This document shows positions 60,640 through 64,000 of a DNA stretch of 64,000 bases, piece by piece. The notes under the pieces are model-generated. The model was not told where the DNA came from. It made no database searches and worked only from the letters and a program-made list of their open reading frames with translations. Source of the DNA: an uncultured delta proteobacterium (GTDB lineage Bacteria > Myxococcota_A > Polyangia > Polyangiales > Polyangiaceae); assembly GCA_963841435.1 (NCBI GenBank), contig CAWJCS010000003.1:1472001-1536000 (forward strand), read 5' to 3'. The translations under genes and the position numbers were made by a program. Within the stretch, counting starts at the first letter, position 1; each line of letters opens with the position of its first letter.

Positions 60640-62287
60640 CTATTCGGCGGCGGAAGGCGGCGCCGCCGCGCGCGCCACCTGCCACGGCGCCGGCAGCAAA
60701 TCCCGGCAGATCCTTGAGACGCATACGGCGGGCGAGGCGCGGCAGCACGTCGGCGAGGTACTCGACGGGGTCGATCTCGGCGAGCGCCGAGCAGCCGAGG
60801 ATGGTGTAGGCGATCGCAGCTCGTTCGCCGCCGGCGTCGGAGCCGGCGAAGAGAAAGTTCTTGCGCGTGAGTGCCGCGCGGACGTGCAGGCGTTCGACGA
60901 CGCCGTTGTCGATGGGGATCACACCGTCTTCGAGAAACCGACCGAGCGCGACGTGGTGGTTTTGGAGGTAGCGGATCGCCGTGCCCATCGGCGAGCTCGG
61001 TGGTTCGTGCGGTTCGTGGACGTTCGCCCAGGCGACGAGCTCGTCGAAGACCGGCTTGCTCCGTGCCTGCCGCTCGACGAGCCGGGCCTCCGGCGTCGCG
61101 TCCTTCGTCCCCGCCTCGATTTCGTAAAGCTTCTTGTACGCGGCGATCGGCAGCGCCGCGCGCTTGTCACCGCCGTCGAGCGCCTCGAAGAAGTAGCGGC
61201 GAGCGTGCATGTTGCAGCCGCACTCGATGAGCGTCTCGCGCTTGAAGCTCGCATCGAAAACGCCGGCCGCGTCGGCCACCGTGTAGCCGTTTCGGAGCTT
61301 GAGCACGTCTTCCGGCCCAAGCTCACCCTTTTTCTGCCCCGTCTTTTTGCCGGTCGAGGCGTAGAGGTAGAGCGCCGTCTCTTGGTCGCCCACGTAACCC
61401 CAGAGCGTTCCGAGCTTCTTGCCGCCAGGCGCGTCCCGATCGAGCACTGGCAGGCTCGTGCCGTCCAGGTGCATCACGACCGACATCAAGACGTTCGCGA
61501 TGGCCGCGCGCCAGAGCGGTCGGAGCAAGTCCGTCGCCCACGTCACCTGGTCGGCGAGCGTCGAGACGCTGATGTCGAGCCCCATTCTCTCGAAACGCTG
61601 CCTCTGACGGTGCAGCGGCAGGCCATCCCAATACTTGTCCACCAAGAGCTGGGCGACGAGTCTCGCGCCGAGCTTGCCGCCCGAGACGACCTTGTCGCCC
61701 GGCGGTGCTCGCACGAGCTCGCCCTCGCACCGCTTGCACGCAAGCTTCTCGCGAGCGTCGCGCCGCACCACGACCTCTGCCGGGATGAGCTCGATGACTT
61801 CCGTCACGTCGTGGCCGATGCACTCCCGCTCGGCTCCGCAGACCGGGCAGGGTCGCTCGGCGTCGGGCACGCGGAGCAGGTTCTCGATACGTCGCAGCTC
61901 CGGCGGCGGCGCCTTCCGCAGCGGCGGCTGCTTCTTGGGCTCCTTCGTTTCCTTCGTCTCCGGGTCCTCCTTTGCCCCGTCGTCGATGCCGGCAGCACTG
62001 CGGAGCCTTCGGTTCGCTTCGTCCCGCTCCTCGTCCGTCCCGCTCTCGCTCTCCGCCGCCGTAGCGAGTGCGTCGAGAAACAACAGCAGCTGCGCCTTCG
62101 GCACGCTCTCGTTCTTCTTGCGGCGCGACGCGATCTCGGCAAGCCGCTGCTCGAGCTCGCTATTGCGCGCCACGAGCTTCTCCACCACCGCGAGCACCTC
62201 GTCGTTGCGTCCCTCGGAGAGCAGCTCCTTGAGCACGTCGAGCACCGCCCCTCGTCGCTCGCTAGTGCTCTTCGACGCTCCGGCCAC
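60640..62287 (-). CDS. tnpC: IS66 transposase TnpC; extra G at 60702-60704 near the C-terminus
   Basis: CPVCG, KYWDGLPLHRQ, HLDGT, CNMHARRYF, IDNGVVER, RKNFLFAGS. The conserved LLPxxW tail is in the next frame, ending at TAG 60640. Confidence 0.93.
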
Positions 62288-62359
62288 CCACGCTTTCTAT
62301 TTCATCGCGATCGCCAGTGCCAAGCACAATCGCAGGGTGTCACGTGGGATCACGTAGCG

Positions 62360-62740
62360 TCACCCGGACGCAGATGCCCGAGCGTGCAGCGGCGGCTCCC
62401 AGCGCTTCTGCGCGTGCACCACCCGGGCGTCGATGCCCTCGAGCAGCATCGAGAGCTCGTGCACGTCGAGCTCCACGCTCTTCGCCTCGCTCGTCATCCT
62501 CTTCGCAAACGTGAAACGCCCCTGCTCGAGCCGCTTGTGCACAATCGTGAAGCCGCCGCGAGTCCACAACAAAAGCTTCACCATCGTGCGCCGTCGGTTC
62601 AGAAACACGAAGACGTGCCCGCTCAGCGGGTCGCGCCGCAGCACCTCGCGCACCTCGTTCGACAAGCCGTCGAATGACTTCCTCAAGTTCACCGGCTCCG
62701 TCCCCACGTATACGCGCACCGCGCGCGGCAGAAGCAACAC
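62360..62740 (-). CDS. tnpB: IS66 accessory protein TnpB
   Basis: PVNLRKSFDGL, DPLSGHVFVFLNRRR.MVKLLLW..GGF....KRLEQGRF. Confidence 0.95.
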   Translation of the reverse strand: MLLLPRAVRVYVGTEPVNLRKSFDGLSNEVREVLRRDPLSGHVFVFLNRRRTMVKLLLWTRGGFTIVHKRLEQGRFTFAKRMTSEAKSVELDVHELSMLLEGIDARVVHAQKRWEPPLHARASASG

Positions 62741-62744
62741 GGGC

Positions 62745-63080
62745 CTACTGCCTCACCAGCTCGCCCACGAGCGCCACCACCCACGACGGCGGCACCCGCC
62801 CTGGATCCAGCTCGACCGCCACCCCACCCGGCAGACGCACCACGACCGGGTGCTCGGCCCTGGCGCCAGACTCAATCCGCACCACGGCCGGAACGAGACG
62901 CGAGATCGCGCCGTCGACCGACTTTCGTCCGCGCTTCGTCCCCGCTCCGAGCCGACGCTGCCAGAAATGCAGCCGCTGCGGGTCGATGCCGTGCTCACGT
63001 CCGTACGACCGAGCCGATTTCCCGCTCGCCCGCCATCGCGACAAAATCTCTCCTGCCTCGTCCGCCGTCCAGCGTGCCAT
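62745..63080 (-). CDS. tnpA: IS66 accessory protein TnpA (HTH)
   Basis: WRASGKSARSY.REHGI....LHFWQRRL, V.RLPGGV; first ORF inside the IS end. Confidence 0.88.
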   Translation of the reverse strand: MARWTADEAGEILSRWRASGKSARSYGREHGIDPQRLHFWQRRLGAGTKRGRKSVDGAISRLVPAVVRIESGARAEHPVVVRLPGGVAVELDPGRVPPSWVVALVGELVRQ

Positions 63081-63415
63081 CGCCGCCGAGTCTGCCGCGC
63101 CCAGCCCCGCGCAGGGGCGCCGTCAGAGGGTGCGCTCGGGCGGACGGACACTCGGAAACCGCTACGTCGCGGACTTCGCCGCGCCGGCGGTCAAGCTCGT
63201 AGTCGAGGCGGACGGCGCGGTGTCGCATGTCGGCGGCGCGCCGCGGAGCCGCGGACGCGCGGCGCGATCGAGATCTCGGTCGGCTCGGCTACCGGGTCCT
63301 CCGTATTCCAGCGGCGCTCGTCATGAAAGACTTCGCAGCAGCCGTCGCCATGGTGCGCCGCGCGCTGAGCGGGTGCCGACGCTGACGCGCTCCGCGGGGG
63401 CGCCGCTCGGATGTC

Positions 63416-64000
63416 TCATCTCCTGCTGCCCTGTTCTTGCATGAAGTCTCGTGCCAACTGAAACGCCTCCGTTTCCTCGTACTCAACTCGAGATATTCCG
63501 ACGGTGTCAAGCCGGTATATTGTGGCTCCCGGGAGCGCCAGCAGGATTGGCGAATGAGTGGCGACGATGACTTGCGAGCCTTTGCTCTCTACGTGCGTCC
63601 GCAATTCGCCAAGGAGTTCTATTTGGCGCCGGACGGAAAGACCAGCTTCCGGCTCGTCGAGGATATACAGCCCATTCGGGCCAAAGCGATGTCTGACGAG
63701 CGTCATGAGGGACTCGCCATGAGACATTTCATGGAGCGACCTGCCGCCATAAGAGTCCAACACTGGAGGTCCGAGAACCGGTTCGCTGTCAAGGTCCTCA
63801 ATGTTCGTGGCCACGTTGAAGAAACTCTCTGCTCTAAGAAAAAAACCGGTCCGCGGCCTACGGTCCGTGCGAGCAAGTCGGATGCACCGGTAGAGTTCCG
63901 ACTCCGAAGCGCGAGTGGAGAATCGGAAATTCGTCGTCCCTCCTTCTGCGTTGAATCCGGATGCCAGTGCTATCGCCTCCACGATCGTCGATTTTCCGCT
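63416..64000 (-). CDS. Predicted ABC/AAA ATPase (COG3910-like), 5' end outside the window
   Basis: KSTIVEAIA, GFNAEGG, FFLRAESFFN, SHGES, LDEPEAGLS, ATHSPILLA; visibly lower GC than the host genes. Confidence 0.9.
   Translation of the reverse strand, partial: SGKSTIVEAIALASGFNAEGGTTNFRFSTRASESELYRCIRLARTDRRPRTGFFLRAESFFNVATNIEDLDSEPVLGPPVLDSYGGRSLHEMSHGESLMTLVRHRFGPNGLYILDEPEAGLSVRRQIELLGELRTHVESKGSQVIVATHSPILLALPGATIYRLDTVGISRVEYEETEAFQLARDFMQEQGSRR

Larger units (their letters stand above)
60580..63151 (-). mobile_element. IS66 family insertion sequence (2572 bp)
   Basis: 24-bp terminal inverted repeats GTGTCCGTCCGCCGGACCGCACCC / GTGTCCGTCCGCCCGAGCGCACCC; 8-bp target duplication TCGGAAAC at 60572-60579 and 63152-63159; tnpA-tnpB-tnpC order. 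Confidence 0.95.
60481..63385 (+). pseudogene. Second DUF559 gene, split by IS66 and further frameshifted
   Basis: MRVYPSEPERRLWQELRGARLGVAFRRQVVLGN | IS | RYVADFAAPAVKLVVEADG ... DARRDRDLGRLGYRVLRIPAALVMKDFAAAVAMVRRALSGCRR*; close paralogue of 59419-59796. Confidence 0.88.

Noticed and set aside
62360-62740. TnpB as an RNA-guided nuclease
   Set aside because: This is the 126-aa IS66 accessory TnpB, unrelated to IS200/IS605 TnpB; no RuvC motifs.
343-63444. Many long alternative-frame and antisense ORFs (e.g. 11253..13373, 16590..18953, 45849..48455, 60143..62677)
   Set aside because: Arg/Ala/Pro-rich shadows of real genes, expected in high-GC DNA; no family motifs.
1-64000. tRNA, rRNA, integrase or reverse transcriptase genes
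   Set aside because: None recognised by eye; tRNAscan-SE, Rfam and HMM searches would be needed to exclude divergent ones.

Overview
Very GC-rich bacterial DNA, most likely a myxobacterium (Polyangiaceae/Sorangiineae-like). This is an inference from the Cys-rich repeat lipoproteins, several eukaryote-type Ser/Thr kinases, a giant TPR protein, an OmpA protein with Asp-rich repeats and a MYXO-CTERM-like tail. Positions 1-56.7 kb are ordinary chromosome: transporters, a histidine kinase, a chemoreceptor, SRAP, a Sip1/GH36 enzyme, GH5 enzymes, ArfB, PutA, UDPGP, SppA and a K+ channel. At least seven genes carry single-base insertions, four of them in a CGTC>CGTTC context, which probably reflects sequencing error. 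From about 56.74 kb to the end lies an accessory island. It holds three toxin-antitoxin modules, two copies of a ~100-bp hairpin-rich direct repeat, an RHS fragment, one complete and one half integron attC-like site (no integrase in the window), and two DUF559 nuclease genes, one preceded by a long inverted repeat and one split by a complete IS66 with an 8-bp target duplication. It also holds an orphan serum-amyloid-A-like domain coupled to a small membrane protein, which looks like a polymorphic toxin tip with its immunity gene. No rRNA, tRNA or CRISPR array was recognised. All family assignments come from motif recognition by eye; no searches were run.
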